From: Sedimentisphaerales bacterium
GTDB taxonomy: Bacteria > Planctomycetota > Phycisphaerae > Sedimentisphaerales > SM23-30
Reading direction: 5' to 3'
NCBI GenBank assembly: GCA_963663805.2
Contig: CAXXMR010000002.1
Coordinates: 32,001-96,000 of the forward strand
Length of the DNA: 64,000 nucleotides
In this document: positions 30,893-43,111 of the stretch, one piece after another
How the letters are laid out: each line of letters starts with the position of its first letter
Numbering within the stretch: position 1 is the first letter of the stretch
Program-made: the position numbers and the translations under genes
The notes under the pieces: model-generated
The model's input: the letters and a program-made list of their open reading frames with translations, nothing else
Databases searched by the model: none
What the model was told of the DNA's origin: nothing

Positions 30893-30906
30893 GTGTAAGT
30901 CTCCTA

Positions 30907-32829
30907 TTAGTCTTCTGTAAGACCTAAATCTTCAAACAGATCCGGCTGCAACTCTTCTTTCAAATCTATTTCATATACCCAACTGCCAACCTTATCGGAA
31001 GCCAGAACATACTTACGCAGCGCCGGCATATACTCATCCAAAACCGCCAGGTATTCACGCCAAAGATAAATGTCCTTCGCTAGTTTATAGGCCTCAACCT
31101 GACTGCCAAAACGCTCCGCCGAAGCACGCGACAAACTCGCCCGTTCAACCGAATACGCCTCAGCTTCAGAAATCATCACCGAACTGGCACCCGCCGCCTC
31201 TTCGCGAATCCGGCTGTCCTCACCCTGAGCCCCCAGAACCGAAGCCTGCTTCTCCTGCAACGCCGAAACCACTTTCTCAAATGACTCAGCTACTTCAACC
31301 GGAGGATGAACCGACTCCAAACCCACAAACTCAATCTTTACACCCATCTGATATTTATCAGCGTGCGACTGAATCTCAACCTTTAGCTGCTGCGTCGTCG
31401 CTTCCCGGCCTGGACCCATCAGACTCTGCACATCCGACTGAGCCGCGTACTGAACCGCCTGGCGATAGCACAAAGCCTTCAATAGCTTGGCCGGATCCTG
31501 ATAACCCAGCTCAGCACTGTAGCCATATTTCGCCACATCAGATATCCGATAATGAACCACCAAAGCCACCACCAGCAAATCAAAATTACCCTTTATCTGA
31601 CCTTCGCCCGCGGTATCTTTGTCCATCGAACTCTGCCGCTGCGATGCCACCACAAAAGGAAATTCATTCTTCCAGTGCGATACCGTCCACAGCACCGGAC
31701 GGTTCATGCCTTCATCTTCAAAACGCTCGAAACCAACTTCGATTACCTGAATCTGCTCAACCGCGAACATCCGAACCTTATCAACAGGCCACGGATATTT
31801 CAAATGCATACCACTCTGCAAAGGAGAGCTCAGATTTATCGGCTCACCCCAACGCTCCATTATACCTTCATGACCCGGCGGGATAATCACCGTGCAGCTC
31901 ACCAGCCACAAAGCGATCACCATCACTGCCAGCAGCGGCACAACCGCCCGCTCCAGCAGCTTATAAAACCACGTCTCCGATACCTTAAAGCCAAACTGAT
32001 AATCCATCGCGTGCGCCGCGGTCTTTAATAAACCTTCCGGCTCACAGAACAGACCCAGCAGACGAGACTCAAAAGCCGCACGATGATATTGACCTTTAAT
32101 CCGCGGCCGGAAAAAGTCAAAAGTAAAATTCAGAACTATCTCGACCCCCAGCACAAACATTATCACTACCAGAACATAAGCGACTATCCGGTCGATACTG
32201 CTGTAACGAAAATCCGCCAGCACCAGCCCCACCGCGATAACCACACAGAGTATAGCATTGCCAATCAGATAATTGCCGCCCGCCCGAATCGGCCGCCATA
32301 CATCCTGACGGGACATGCCCGAAGCATAACGAGAAAACAGAAAACTCAGCAGCCCCATCGCGATTAGAAATACCGACGACTGTAAAATAACCCCATGCCC
32401 TGCCAAAGCCGTAACTTCATCCGCCTTGACCTTGCCGAAAAGCCACACGCTTACCGCCAGCATATAAACCGCTGTCAGAATCGCGAAGATTGGAACCAGA
32501 TACTTCTCCAGCCAAACCAGACGACGCTCTGCCAGATGCAGACTGTCTTCAACCGGAGTGCCTTCGAACACCGAAGTGTTCTTGCCCTGACGACGAAGCT
32601 TCTGATATGCCTCAGCGTCAAGCCGCTCTTCATCAGCCAGACGACGCTGACGAAACTGCATAAACAACGCCAGCCAGATTGTCGAACCACCCAGAAAATG
32701 CCACGCCTCAATCTGTGCCGCCAGTGAATTACTCCACTTGGCCAGCCACAAAGTAAGAACGAAACATACCAGCCCTAACAACAGGGCAACCAAGGAAAGA
32801 TTTTCCGCTCGACGAGGAGATAATTTCAT
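30907..32829 (-). CDS. SPFH/HflK-like protein with a large N-terminal polytopic membrane domain
   Basis: Several TM helices followed by GIMERWG..GMHLKYPWP, VHPPVEVAESFE. Confidence 0.8.
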   Translation of the reverse strand: MKLSPRRAENLSLVALLLGLVCFVLTLWLAKWSNSLAAQIEAWHFLGGSTIWLALFMQFRQRRLADEERLDAEAYQKLRRQGKNTSVFEGTPVEDSLHLAERRLVWLEKYLVPIFAILTAVYMLAVSVWLFGKVKADEVTALAGHGVILQSSVFLIAMGLLSFLFSRYASGMSRQDVWRPIRAGGNYLIGNAILCVVIAVGLVLADFRYSSIDRIVAYVLVVIMFVLGVEIVLNFTFDFFRPRIKGQYHRAAFESRLLGLFCEPEGLLKTAAHAMDYQFGFKVSETWFYKLLERAVVPLLAVMVIALWLVSCTVIIPPGHEGIMERWGEPINLSSPLQSGMHLKYPWPVDKVRMFAVEQIQVIEVGFERFEDEGMNRPVLWTVSHWKNEFPFVVASQRQSSMDKDTAGEGQIKGNFDLLVVALVVHYRISDVAKYGYSAELGYQDPAKLLKALCYRQAVQYAAQSDVQSLMGPGREATTQQLKVEIQSHADKYQMGVKIEFVGLESVHPPVEVAESFEKVVSALQEKQASVLGAQGEDSRIREEAAGASSVMISEAEAYSVERASLSRASAERFGSQVEAYKLAKDIYLWREYLAVLDEYMPALRKYVLASDKVGSWVYEIDLKEELQPDLFEDLGLTED

Positions 32830-33161
32830 TTTTGTCTATGCACCTCATTAAAAGGTCAGCGTTGTCCACCCCCAAACCAGCCCAAGCCAGCCTTGGCCCA
32901 ACAACGCAAATCGTAACCAAAAACATCTGTAGTCGTACACCAGGCTACCCCAACGACCCGATTACCAAAGGTCCCATAACACCAGTCGTCACAGCACCTT
33001 CCACAGCGACCGACAAACATAACCGAACATGCCAAAAAATGCAAATACTCTATATCCCCCTACTGTCTTCAGCCACATTTTGTTTGCAAATCCTTTTTTT
33101 TTCGATAATCATTGTATCGGCAGGAAGCGCTTTTTACAAACACCCTGCTCAGGAGTAAAAT

Positions 33162-34142
33162 ATGCCCACAAATCTTTTAGCTATAATTACTAACACCTTC
33201 ACCGAAACGCTCAGGCAGCCCATTTACGCCGTCGTAATCGCTGCCACCATTATATTGCTCGTTTTCAGCCCCTCATTGGCAATGTTTACACTCGACGACG
33301 ACAATCAGCTACTGGAAGATGTTTGTATATCAACACTTATGGTCGCTGGCTTGTTCCTTGCGGTCTTTTCGGCTTCGACCGTCGTCAGTGAGGAAATCGA
33401 AAATAAAACCGCTTTAACCGTAATCTCCAAAACCGTAGGCCGGGGCCGCTTCATAATCGCCAAGTTCCTCGGCCTGACTGCCGCGGTCATTCTGGCTCAA
33501 TACATCCTGGGAATTGTCGTATTAATGGTCGTCAGACACGGGGTTATGCAAGCCGCCTGGAACGAGTCCGACCAGGTTGTCATCTGGTCCGGCAGCATCG
33601 CCGCCATTGCGACACTAATCGTAAGTGTAGGCGGAAACTACTTTTACAGCTGGCGGTTCAGCTCCTCCGCCGTCCTTTTCACCACCATTGCTTTGACCAT
33701 TCTGATTCCCGTACTAATCTTTATTGACCCCCACGGCAAATTCGACCCGGAAAAAATCCACATTACCACCCGCCTCATCGGTCCCATGCTGCTAACCCTC
33801 GCAGCCGTAATCATCCTGACCGCCATCGCTGTTGCTGCTGCCACCAGATTCAATCTGGTAATGACCTTAATCGTTTGTTCGCTGGTGTTTGTGTTGGGTG
33901 CTATGCTTCAGTACTGGCTTTGGCCGGCCGCCACTACCACTAGCGGAATAAAATCATATCTAGCCTGGCTGGGATTGACCGTCATCCCTAATTTTAACGT
34001 ATTTGTAGCAACCAACGCTATTTACGACGAAAAAGCTATCCCCTTTTCCTACGTCGCCCAAACCGCCCTCTATAGCCTCTACTACACCACCGCCGTCCTA
34101 ATGATAGCCATAGCCCTGTTCCGCAGAAGAGAAATAGGCTGA
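33162..34142 (+). CDS. ABC-2 type permease
   Basis: NTFTETLRQP, EEIENKTALTVISKTVGR..AKFLG, FRRREIG end. Confidence 0.85.
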   Translation: MPTNLLAIITNTFTETLRQPIYAVVIAATIILLVFSPSLAMFTLDDDNQLLEDVCISTLMVAGLFLAVFSASTVVSEEIENKTALTVISKTVGRGRFIIAKFLGLTAAVILAQYILGIVVLMVVRHGVMQAAWNESDQVVIWSGSIAAIATLIVSVGGNYFYSWRFSSSAVLFTTIALTILIPVLIFIDPHGKFDPEKIHITTRLIGPMLLTLAAVIILTAIAVAAATRFNLVMTLIVCSLVFVLGAMLQYWLWPAATTTSGIKSYLAWLGLTVIPNFNVFVATNAIYDEKAIPFSYVAQTALYSLYYTTAVLMIAIALFRRREIG

Positions 34143-34258
34143 AAAAGCCCTGTTTTTCGGCGCAAAAATGCCTGAATCGACCGAAAAAGACGTGTTTTTT
34201 CAAAAAAAATCAAAAAAAATCGTGTTTTGAATCAGAAAATTTGTGTTTTTTGATCGCC

Positions 34259-34287
34259 TTGACCACTTTACCTGCCTGCCCTATAAT
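34259..34287 (+). promoter_or_regulatory. Sigma70 promoter of thiS-thiG-dinG
   Basis: TTGACC-17bp-TATAAT. Confidence 0.8.
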
Positions 34288-34316
34288 GCCCTTTTATATT
34301 TGATGAGAATTAAACA

Positions 34317-34514
34317 ATGCGAATCACTCTCAACGGCAAACCTCGCGAACTCCAAGATGACATTTCTGTCGCGGAGCTGGTAGACTCCCTGAATATTACA
34401 GGCCCGTACGCGGTTGAGCTTAACCGTCAGGTCTGCCCCAAAGCTCAGCATCCTCAGACCAAAATCAACCCGGACGACGTAGTGGAGGTTGTCACCATTG
34501 TGGGCGGCGGATAA
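34317..34514 (+). CDS. thiS: Sulfur carrier protein ThiS
   Basis: Ubiquitin-like, AVELN, C-terminal VGGG; upstream of thiG. Confidence 0.95.
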   Translation: MRITLNGKPRELQDDISVAELVDSLNITGPYAVELNRQVCPKAQHPQTKINPDDVVEVVTIVGGG

Positions 34515-34544
34515 TTTATTAACCAAACAACGAGGAATATACTC

Positions 34545-35333
34545 ATGTCCAATGACAAGCTTAAACTGGGAAAATACGAATTCGACAGCCGGCTCTTTGT
34601 CGGCACTGGTAAATATGAAACATTTGAGATCATGCAGCAGGCTCTGGCCGAGAGCGGCTGCCAGGTCGTTACCGTCGCCGTCCGCCGCGAAAGGCTTTTT
34701 GATAGTCATCAGCGTAACATTCTTGATTTTCTTGATCAGGACAAATACACCCTGTTGCCCAACACCGCCGGATGCTTCAACGCCGAAGATGCCGTCCGCA
34801 CCGCTCGCCTGGGCCGTGAGATGTTAGATATTGACTGGGTAAAACTGGAAGTTCTCGCCGACACCAAAACTCTTTTACCCGACCCTATCGGAACCCTTCA
34901 AGCCGCCGAAACCCTCGTCAGAGATGGTTTCACCGTTCTCGTCTACACCAACGACGACCCCGTCATGGCCGTTCGACTCCAGGATATCGGAGTCACCAGC
35001 GTCATGCCCGCCGCCGCGCCTATCGGCTCAGGCCAGGGCGTACTGAACCCCAACAATATCCGCATCATCCTGGAACGGGCCACCGTACCGATTATCGTTG
35101 ATGCCGGGGTAGGCACCGCCAGCGATGTAACCGTCGCGATGGAACTCGGTGCCGAAGGTGTACTGCTTAACACCGGAATCGCCGGCGCTAAAGACCCTGT
35201 TCGCATGGCCCGTGCCATGAAGCACGCTGTCCAGGCAGGCCGCGACGCTTTTCTATCCGGCAGAATCCCTCGCAAACTTTACGCCACCGCCAGCTCACCT
35301 GTAGATGGTACTATCGGCGCGAATGGAAAATGA
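34545..35333 (+). CDS. thiG: Thiazole synthase
   Basis: [35 protein letters not shown]. Confidence 0.97.
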   Translation: MSNDKLKLGKYEFDSRLFVGTGKYETFEIMQQALAESGCQVVTVAVRRERLFDSHQRNILDFLDQDKYTLLPNTAGCFNAEDAVRTARLGREMLDIDWVKLEVLADTKTLLPDPIGTLQAAETLVRDGFTVLVYTNDDPVMAVRLQDIGVTSVMPAAAPIGSGQGVLNPNNIRIILERATVPIIVDAGVGTASDVTVAMELGAEGVLLNTGIAGAKDPVRMARAMKHAVQAGRDAFLSGRIPRKLYATASSPVDGTIGANGK

Positions 35334-37344
35334 ACATATAAATCCTTCTGAGTTTCTCGGACCAGATGGCCCGGTCGCTGCGGCCCTGGACCATTATGAG
35401 CCTCGCCCCCAGCAGTTGGAAATGGCTCAGGCGATTTCGAAGGCATTCGAAAACAATCATCATCTCGTCGCCGAGGCCGGGACCGGCACGGGTAAAAGTT
35501 TCGCCTACCTCGTCCCCGCCATCGCCCACGCCGTCAGCCATCGTCGCAAGGTCATCATCTCGACTTACACCATCTCCCTCCAGGAACAGTTAATCAATAA
35601 GGACATCCCCTTCCTGCGTGAACTCTCGCCAGCCCCTTTCACCGCCACCCTGTTCAAGGGGCGCGGTAACTATCTATGCTGGCGTCGTTTGAATCACGCC
35701 ATGCAGCAGGGAGTCCTCCTTTTCGATAATATCGACGATGCCGACAGTCTCGAAAGAATCTCCCAATGGGCCCACAACACTCAGGACGGCACGCTCAGCG
35801 GCATGGAATTCCCGCCCTCATCGACCGTCTGGGAATCTATCGCCTCAAACTCCAGCACCTGCCTGGGCAACCGCTGCGAGAGACATCAAAGCTGCTTCTA
35901 TCAGCTCGCCCGCAAACGCATGTTCGGCAGTGACCTCATTATCGCCAATCACGCTTTGCTGTTTTCTGACCTGGTCGTCCGGCTGCAAGGCGGCAGTATC
36001 CTGCCCCGCTTCGAACTGGTGATACTGGATGAAGCCCACAACGTCGAAGCCGTCGCCGGCAAACACTTTGGCATCCGTGTCAGCAATGCCCAGATAAGCT
36101 ACATGCTCAAACGCCTCTACAATCCCAAATCCGGCAAAGGATTACTGGCGACCTGCGACAATAGCGAAGCCGCCCGCCTGGTCGATAAATTGTATCGCAG
36201 CTCATCAAATTTCTTTCATGACATCATGGACTTCTCCGAACAGCAAAAATCCGACGGCGAAAACTGCCGTATCCGCCAGCCCGACAAATTCACGAACAAT
36301 CTCACTCAGCCGCTAATGGACCTTTCGTTGCAACTGGCCGCCATCGCCCACGACCAGAACAATGAACAAACCGCCGTCGAATTCACCGCCTATCAGCAGC
36401 GTTGCGAATCTTTCGCCTCCGGCATCCACTGCTTCATCCAGCAGAAACTTCCTCAGTCGGTTTACTGGATCGAAACCCAGCGCCGCAAGACCGGGTTCAC
36501 CGCTACCCTGCACGCCGCCCCGCTGCACGTCGGAGCCACGATGAACAAGGTACTCTTTGAACCATGTTCCTCGGTCATTCTTACTAGTGCCACCCTCAGC
36601 ACCGTCGGCAAGGAAAAACACGACTCCGACAAATCAGCGTGCGACGGCTTCAAATTCTTCTGTTCGAGATTAGGTCTGGAGAAATATCATTCACTACAAC
36701 TCGGCTCACCCTTCGACTATCAAAACCAGGTCCGCACCTACATCGAAACCGACATTCCCGAACCCGTCCCCGCCTCGGGCGGATTCCTCGAAGCTGCGGT
36801 CGAAAAAATCAAACATCACCTCACCCAGACTCAGGGCCGCGCTCTTATCCTGTTCACCAGCTTCGGCCAACTGCATCGCATGGCTGATATGCTCCAGGAA
36901 TTCTGTTATGAAAACAATTTTACCTTACTGGAGCAGGGCCGGGAGAAGGGTCGCTCCCAACTGCTCGATGAATTCAGGGAAGACACGCATAGCGTATTAC
37001 TCGGCACCGAAAGTTTCTGGCAAGGCATAGATGTCCCCGGCGAATCACTTGGCAATGTAATTATCGTAAAACTCCCCTTCGCCGTGCCGGACCATCCGCT
37101 CTTACAGGCCCGCCTGGAGCAGATGCGGGAGCAGGGCCAAAACCCCTTCATGGACTATCAGCTCCCCGAAGCCATCCTGAAATTCAAACAGGGCTTCGGC
37201 CGCCTCATCCGCCGCAAAACCGACTGCGGCAGAATCGTAATCCTGGACCCCCGCGTAGTAACCAAACGCTACGGCTCCGCCTTTATCAGAGCCCTGCCAA
37301 CCTGCCCTGTGCATATTCTGCCGGAAACGGATTTCCAAGACTAA
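35323..37344 (+). CDS. dinG: DinG/YoaA-family ATP-dependent helicase (Fe-S type)
   Basis: [38 protein letters not shown]. Confidence 0.9.
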   Translation: MENEHINPSEFLGPDGPVAAALDHYEPRPQQLEMAQAISKAFENNHHLVAEAGTGTGKSFAYLVPAIAHAVSHRRKVIISTYTISLQEQLINKDIPFLRELSPAPFTATLFKGRGNYLCWRRLNHAMQQGVLLFDNIDDADSLERISQWAHNTQDGTLSGMEFPPSSTVWESIASNSSTCLGNRCERHQSCFYQLARKRMFGSDLIIANHALLFSDLVVRLQGGSILPRFELVILDEAHNVEAVAGKHFGIRVSNAQISYMLKRLYNPKSGKGLLATCDNSEAARLVDKLYRSSSNFFHDIMDFSEQQKSDGENCRIRQPDKFTNNLTQPLMDLSLQLAAIAHDQNNEQTAVEFTAYQQRCESFASGIHCFIQQKLPQSVYWIETQRRKTGFTATLHAAPLHVGATMNKVLFEPCSSVILTSATLSTVGKEKHDSDKSACDGFKFFCSRLGLEKYHSLQLGSPFDYQNQVRTYIETDIPEPVPASGGFLEAAVEKIKHHLTQTQGRALILFTSFGQLHRMADMLQEFCYENNFTLLEQGREKGRSQLLDEFREDTHSVLLGTESFWQGIDVPGESLGNVIIVKLPFAVPDHPLLQARLEQMREQGQNPFMDYQLPEAILKFKQGFGRLIRRKTDCGRIVILDPRVVTKRYGSAFIRALPTCPVHILPETDFQD

Positions 37345-37425
37345 AAAACGTTGAGTTTTCTGCTTCCATGACTGTATCAGGGTACTTTTGCATCGTTCGG
37401 GAGCCCGAGTTGGACATACAGGCTG

Positions 37426-38814
37426 TTAAGAATTTTTGCAATTCCGAAAATCGAATGATACGGGGAGCGATAACCAAAAGGATTTTTTTGCATAGAAAAA
37501 TGTGCCTGCACAAGCAATTAAACCCAGAATGAAAATGTAAATATAGCAGTTCATATAGTTGATTTTTTCAGGGTTTCCAGAGAACGATGAGATTGTCTGC
37601 AGCGATAAACCCATTAGGTTAGTATTAATAAACTTTACCGACCCCGCCACAATCAGGAACATTGAATTCATATATCCCTTCTTCTCTGGGTCAACCATAT
37701 CGAACAGATAAGGCCAGATTACCAACAGTGCAGTGCGGTCAAAAGTCGAGTCTGCTATGTTAAATCCGATGATAACCGGGACCGACGGGATGCCGTTCGG
37801 AGCGACAAATTTTACATAGAGCCAGAATATCAGAGGATGCAGTGTCGAAAAAATGATACACACTACATAGATTTTGAACTTGTCGATGCGATCAATGAAT
37901 ACTGCCAGCAGCGGTAATATCAACGTGGTGTTAATCAGCATGGTAATGCTGTGCATATTGCCAAACACCTGCTTGGAATAGCCGAACTGTTCAGTTATCA
38001 GTAATGGCCGCAACGACATCAGTTTGGTAGACATCAGCACCGAACTAACTACCAACAATGACATCAGCAGATACTGCCTGTTAGTGAACAACATCTTAAA
38101 ATATTTCGGCAGAGATATTTTTGGTATTTTCTTTGCGGTAATAGTGCCCGGTTCCTTGATAAAAAGTAAAATCATAGCCAGTGAAATTATGACCAGGACC
38201 GCTGCGGAAAAATAGATTATCTGTTCGCCGGAAAACGATGCCCATCGGTTAGCGGTCAGAGCTGACGACGCTTTTTTGAAATCTATCTGATGGTCAAATT
38301 GACCTATTAGAAAGAACATGAATATAAACCGGGCGGCAATTGACGCATAACGATTGATAACCATGCCGCGGCCTCGCTGGCTCTTGGGCACTATGTCAAA
38401 ATAGAGCGGCTTCCACGGCCCGGTGTAACCTAAATCGACTGAAAACTGATATATTATGATCCAGAATATCAGCACCGCAAAGCTCGTCACTCCGGGAATG
38501 AACAAGAGCGAAATAGCCAGCGGTATAAAACCTGCTGCGATCAGCGTTTTTCTTCTGCCCAGCCAGGTTTGGATGTTATCGCTTTTATACGCCGCCCAAG
38601 GGGCGATGATAATCGCGAACAGACTGCTTATGCTGGTTAAAAAAAGTATCCAGGCGGGGCTGTCGATATGCTTTTTCAGCGTGAAGGTCAGGGCAGTGCC
38701 GCTGCATTTTTCGACAAAGGCCAGAGTCGCTACCGGGATGCTCAGCAGAAACAGGTATCGCCAGGAGATTTTCTTTGGTTCGTTTACTGCCGGAGCCATG
38801 GAGATATTTTCCAA
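37426..38814 (-). CDS. MFS transporter
   Basis: About 12 TM segments; SDNIQTWLGRRK motif A. Confidence 0.85.
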   Translation of the reverse strand: MENISMAPAVNEPKKISWRYLFLLSIPVATLAFVEKCSGTALTFTLKKHIDSPAWILFLTSISSLFAIIIAPWAAYKSDNIQTWLGRRKTLIAAGFIPLAISLLFIPGVTSFAVLIFWIIIYQFSVDLGYTGPWKPLYFDIVPKSQRGRGMVINRYASIAARFIFMFFLIGQFDHQIDFKKASSALTANRWASFSGEQIIYFSAAVLVIISLAMILLFIKEPGTITAKKIPKISLPKYFKMLFTNRQYLLMSLLVVSSVLMSTKLMSLRPLLITEQFGYSKQVFGNMHSITMLINTTLILPLLAVFIDRIDKFKIYVVCIIFSTLHPLIFWLYVKFVAPNGIPSVPVIIGFNIADSTFDRTALLVIWPYLFDMVDPEKKGYMNSMFLIVAGSVKFINTNLMGLSLQTISSFSGNPEKINYMNCYIYIFILGLIACAGTFFYAKKSFWLSLPVSFDFRNCKNS

Positions 38815-38824
38815 TAGTCAGGTG

Positions 38825-39754
38825 TTACCAGTACTTTGCAAATTCCACGAAGTCGAGCAGATTAACAGTTCCATCACCACCCAGCGGTGCGATGTCGGCA
38901 GTGAGTTCTGCGCCGACTGCCAGCCAGTTTTCCGCGAGATAACAGAAATCACCCATATCAAGTTCACCATTCTGATTGAAATCGATACGGCTAAGCGACA
39001 ATAACGCTTCTATTTCGAGTATCGGGCCGGTATCACGATATGAGACAACGCCGCTGGAATTAAGCTGGACATAAGCTCTGATATTAAAACATACATCACT
39101 ATCTGCCGATGGACCCAGCATCAACGTTATGGTTTGACCGCTGCTCAGCGCATTCAACATGGAGTTGAAGTTGGGATTAGCCGTGTCTAACTCAAAGTGG
39201 AACCAGTTTTCACCGTCATAATAAGAGTAATAGGCATCATAGTATAGCGTTTCCAGATATACCGGCGGATTCAGATTCAGTAATGAAGCCAGAGAGTTGT
39301 ATGTCACCCCGACAGTCGCGTCGGCTGGTGTTTTCGCCGTGCCATAGCCCTGCTGCCAGTCGCTGCTTATCCAGTACAGGTCGAAACTGCCGGGTCCGCC
39401 CAGGTAATTAAACATATTTGCTGCGGATTGATTTCCGTTAGTTATTGCCAGATTCAGTGCCAGTTGGGTAATTGTTGTATCAGCACAAATTTCACCATCG
39501 AATTTGAGCAAGGTAATGAACTCACCTTTGGGCTGATGGTCAATTCCTTCGATCGGGTCGTAGGCCTGCGCTGTGGCTGACGAAACACACAACGATCCTG
39601 AACCACCGAAATTCTGGTCGTCACCGCTGGGCCGCGGCGAGGCCTGTCCCGGCTCTAGTACGAATCCATTGTTCAAGGGACGAAGTGTACCGTTCGAGGC
39701 AAAGGCAGCAGAACTAATCAGCAATGATATCAGGATTGTGCGGAAGTTTTTCAT
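38825..39754 (-). CDS. Secreted protein with C-terminal dockerin/EF-hand-like repeat
   Basis: Signal peptide; DFNQNGELDMGDF..DIAPLGGDGTVNLLDF. Confidence 0.75.
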   Translation of the reverse strand: MKNFRTILISLLISSAAFASNGTLRPLNNGFVLEPGQASPRPSGDDQNFGGSGSLCVSSATAQAYDPIEGIDHQPKGEFITLLKFDGEICADTTITQLALNLAITNGNQSAANMFNYLGGPGSFDLYWISSDWQQGYGTAKTPADATVGVTYNSLASLLNLNPPVYLETLYYDAYYSYYDGENWFHFELDTANPNFNSMLNALSSGQTITLMLGPSADSDVCFNIRAYVQLNSSGVVSYRDTGPILEIEALLSLSRIDFNQNGELDMGDFCYLAENWLAVGAELTADIAPLGGDGTVNLLDFVEFAKYW

Positions 39755-39756
39755 TT

Positions 39757-40752
39757 TTAGTTTCCTGTCAGTAAGGCCAAGACATAGTTGTTTCCATTAA
39801 GACTATACACTTTTTGCCCCCACTCGAAGCAGCTTGTTTTGATCGTGTCATAAATAGTTTTCGATTCCACATGTCCGTCAAGATAAAAGAAGTTACTTTG
39901 TTTCAAGTTTTTACTATTTTTTTTGCCTTGATGGTTCCTGCCTACCCAGTCGAGCCGGGCAGGATATTTTCGGTATTGAGTTGGGTTGTTAGCAAGATCG
40001 TAAGCGTTTATGCGTCGGAAAGAGCCGGTTCTGCCGCAAGGCGTCGAAGTCGCTTCCGGAGCCATATTCAGGTCGTATCGTTTTGAGGCTTCCACTTTAC
40101 CCAGCGTTCTGAATCCGTGTATCGGCAGATAACTTTGGGAATTACTCGAGTCCGGGCCTGCGATAATTCGCCAGTCGCGAGCCCATTCCGTCAGCAGTAT
40201 GGTGCTATCCTGGCGTTTAACCATTGATGTTTTGACAAGCCTGGAAGTTCTGGCAGCGCCTTCAAAATTTAGTTCAAACCGGTTTCGGGGCGACAATGCT
40301 TCATTAACCGTATAAGCGCAGCGTTGGCTCTGGTAATCTATAACACCGGGATTGGAAAGTTCCTGGCCGGGGTCAAGATTGTCCGGCTCGGTGTTTTGCG
40401 GAGCTAAACCGCCCTGGTTAAATTCCGGACAGTGAAGAACATCCTCATCAATATAGTTATCATCGACAAAAATTCCTGACCAGTGGTGGATACCATTTGC
40501 CTGGGATGAAGACTGAGTTGCGAAATCACTGCCTTCCATATAAGTATAAGCCGGCGGTAGCAGGTCGTTGTTCGACTGGGCAAAAATCATAAACGTAATA
40601 CCGGTCGCGCGGAGATTGCTCTGGCATTTAATAGATTTAGCGTAGATTCGGGCCTGATTCAATGCCGGCAGCAGTATTGCCATGAGAACAGCAATCAGAG
40701 CGATGGTTGTCAGAAGTTCCACTAAGGTAAAGGCATAGGCTGAGCGGTTCAT
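39757..40752 (-). CDS. Prepilin-type N-terminal methylation protein with H-X9-DG-like motif (DUF1559-like)
   Basis: AFTLVELL..IA.L.AILLPAL..AR; C.SNLR; H...SNFFYLDGHVE. Confidence 0.9.
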   Translation of the reverse strand: MNRSAYAFTLVELLTTIALIAVLMAILLPALNQARIYAKSIKCQSNLRATGITFMIFAQSNNDLLPPAYTYMEGSDFATQSSSQANGIHHWSGIFVDDNYIDEDVLHCPEFNQGGLAPQNTEPDNLDPGQELSNPGVIDYQSQRCAYTVNEALSPRNRFELNFEGAARTSRLVKTSMVKRQDSTILLTEWARDWRIIAGPDSSNSQSYLPIHGFRTLGKVEASKRYDLNMAPEATSTPCGRTGSFRRINAYDLANNPTQYRKYPARLDWVGRNHQGKKNSKNLKQSNFFYLDGHVESKTIYDTIKTSCFEWGQKVYSLNGNNYVLALLTGN

Positions 40753-40837
40753 GGTATTACTTTTCCAGCGTAAAACAGTGTTCCATTATTTGTAAATCAC
40801 ATTGGCAGGCATATCACTTGGCACCCACTTCCTTCTC

Positions 40838-40854
40838 TGCAATTCATGTGCCGA
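40838..40854 (-). promoter_or_regulatory. Sigma54 (-24/-12) promoter for the prepilin-like operon
   Basis: Minus strand TCGGCAC-ATGAA-TTGCA. Confidence 0.6.
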
Positions 40855-41252
40855 ATAAGAACACAAACATACAAAAAAATAAAACCCGCCAGAAAAAATG
40901 ACAAATTGTCTGATTAACAACGGTTTTCGTTGAATTCTCTGAAGATAAAATGTTTATAAACAGGATATTCGCATTATCTGTCAACCGGCAGTATTTGTCG
41001 CAAAAGACAGCTTCCTGGGAATATTCAGCAAATTCCTGTTTGTAACTGTATTTCTAAAAAAGTGTTACATTTGCGCGACAATTTGTGTCACAAAAAAAAC
41101 TCTGGGGAAATAATTGTCGCTAAATTACATGCTCTTTTCCTCTTCATAATCGATTTCGGCTGAAAAGAAACTTTTCCTGATATACAATTGAAAATCTTTG
41201 GTCTTGGACAGTACCGTTGAATGTCAATTATTTTGGGAAGATAACTTATTGA

Positions 41253-42251
<999 letters not shown>

Positions 42252-42304
42252 CAAGACCGTTCAAACAGTATGCAGGACAAATCCAGGAATAAAGGAAGTT
42301 ATTT

Positions 42305-42628
42305 ATGATAATGGTAAGAGCGATAATCAGGCCCGAAAAGACCAACGAAGTTTTAGCAGCCTTGATGTATGCCGGTTTTCCGGCGGTAACCAAGATGGAC
42401 GTTTATGGACGCGGCAAGCAGCGCGGAATGAAAATCGGCGAGGTAACTTACGACGAACTTCCCAAGGAAATGATTATTACCGTAATAGAAGATGGTGACA
42501 AAGACTTCGTAATCGAAACCATTTTGAAATCTGCCCGGAGCGGCTCGAAGGGAGCTTTCGGCGACGGCAAAATATTTGTAAGTCCCGTGGATGAGGTTTA
42601 CACCGTTAGCAGCGGCCAGAAATCGTAA
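42305..42628 (+). CDS. nifI1: Nitrogenase regulatory PII protein NifI1
   Basis: PII fold (GRGKQRG, GDGKIFV); located between nifH and nifD. Confidence 0.9.
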   Translation: MIMVRAIIRPEKTNEVLAALMYAGFPAVTKMDVYGRGKQRGMKIGEVTYDELPKEMIITVIEDGDKDFVIETILKSARSGSKGAFGDGKIFVSPVDEVYTVSSGQKS

Positions 42629-42660
42629 CGTAAGCATTTAAGCTTATCAGGAGATTCATC

Positions 42661-43044
42661 ATGAAAGAAATAATGGCAGTTATCCGCATGGACAAGATGA
42701 ACGTTACCAAACGTGCACTCGGTGAAGCGGGTATTTCTTCAATTACCGCTCGCAAAGTGATCGGGCGAGGTCAGGGCAAAGTTGACTATCTACTGCTCAA
42801 GGGTGCTCAGGAAGGCTATGACGAAGCCATAAACCAACTGAGTCCCGGCCCCAAGATGCTGCCCAAACGACTTATTACGATTGTGGTCCCGGATGCTCAG
42901 GTGCCCCTGACGGTCAAAACCATAATTGATGTTAATCAGACGGGAGCGCCCGGGGACGGCAAGATATTTGTACTGCCGACATCCGATGCCGTAAGAATCA
43001 GAACCGCTGAAACCGGCGATGTCGCTCTTGACGATTTCAAGTAG
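42661..43044 (+). CDS. nifI2: Nitrogenase regulatory PII protein NifI2
   Basis: PII fold with long T-loop, GDGKIFVLP. Confidence 0.9.
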   Translation: MKEIMAVIRMDKMNVTKRALGEAGISSITARKVIGRGQGKVDYLLLKGAQEGYDEAINQLSPGPKMLPKRLITIVVPDAQVPLTVKTIIDVNQTGAPGDGKIFVLPTSDAVRIRTAETGDVALDDFK

Positions 43045-43111
43045 CCTCAAATCTGAATAGCCCCAATCCGGCAAGCGAAAATTGTCGGCAATGTATAGAG
43101 AGGTTTTACCC

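Noticed and set aside
32856..33044. Small Cys-rich ORF upstream of the SPFH operon
   Set aside because: No RBS or recognisable motif; G/T-rich strand bias readily gives Cys/Gly/Val-rich spurious ORFs
34142..34316. TPP riboswitch upstream of thiS-thiG
   Set aside because: No CUGAGA core; the promoter lies only ~30 bp from the start codon
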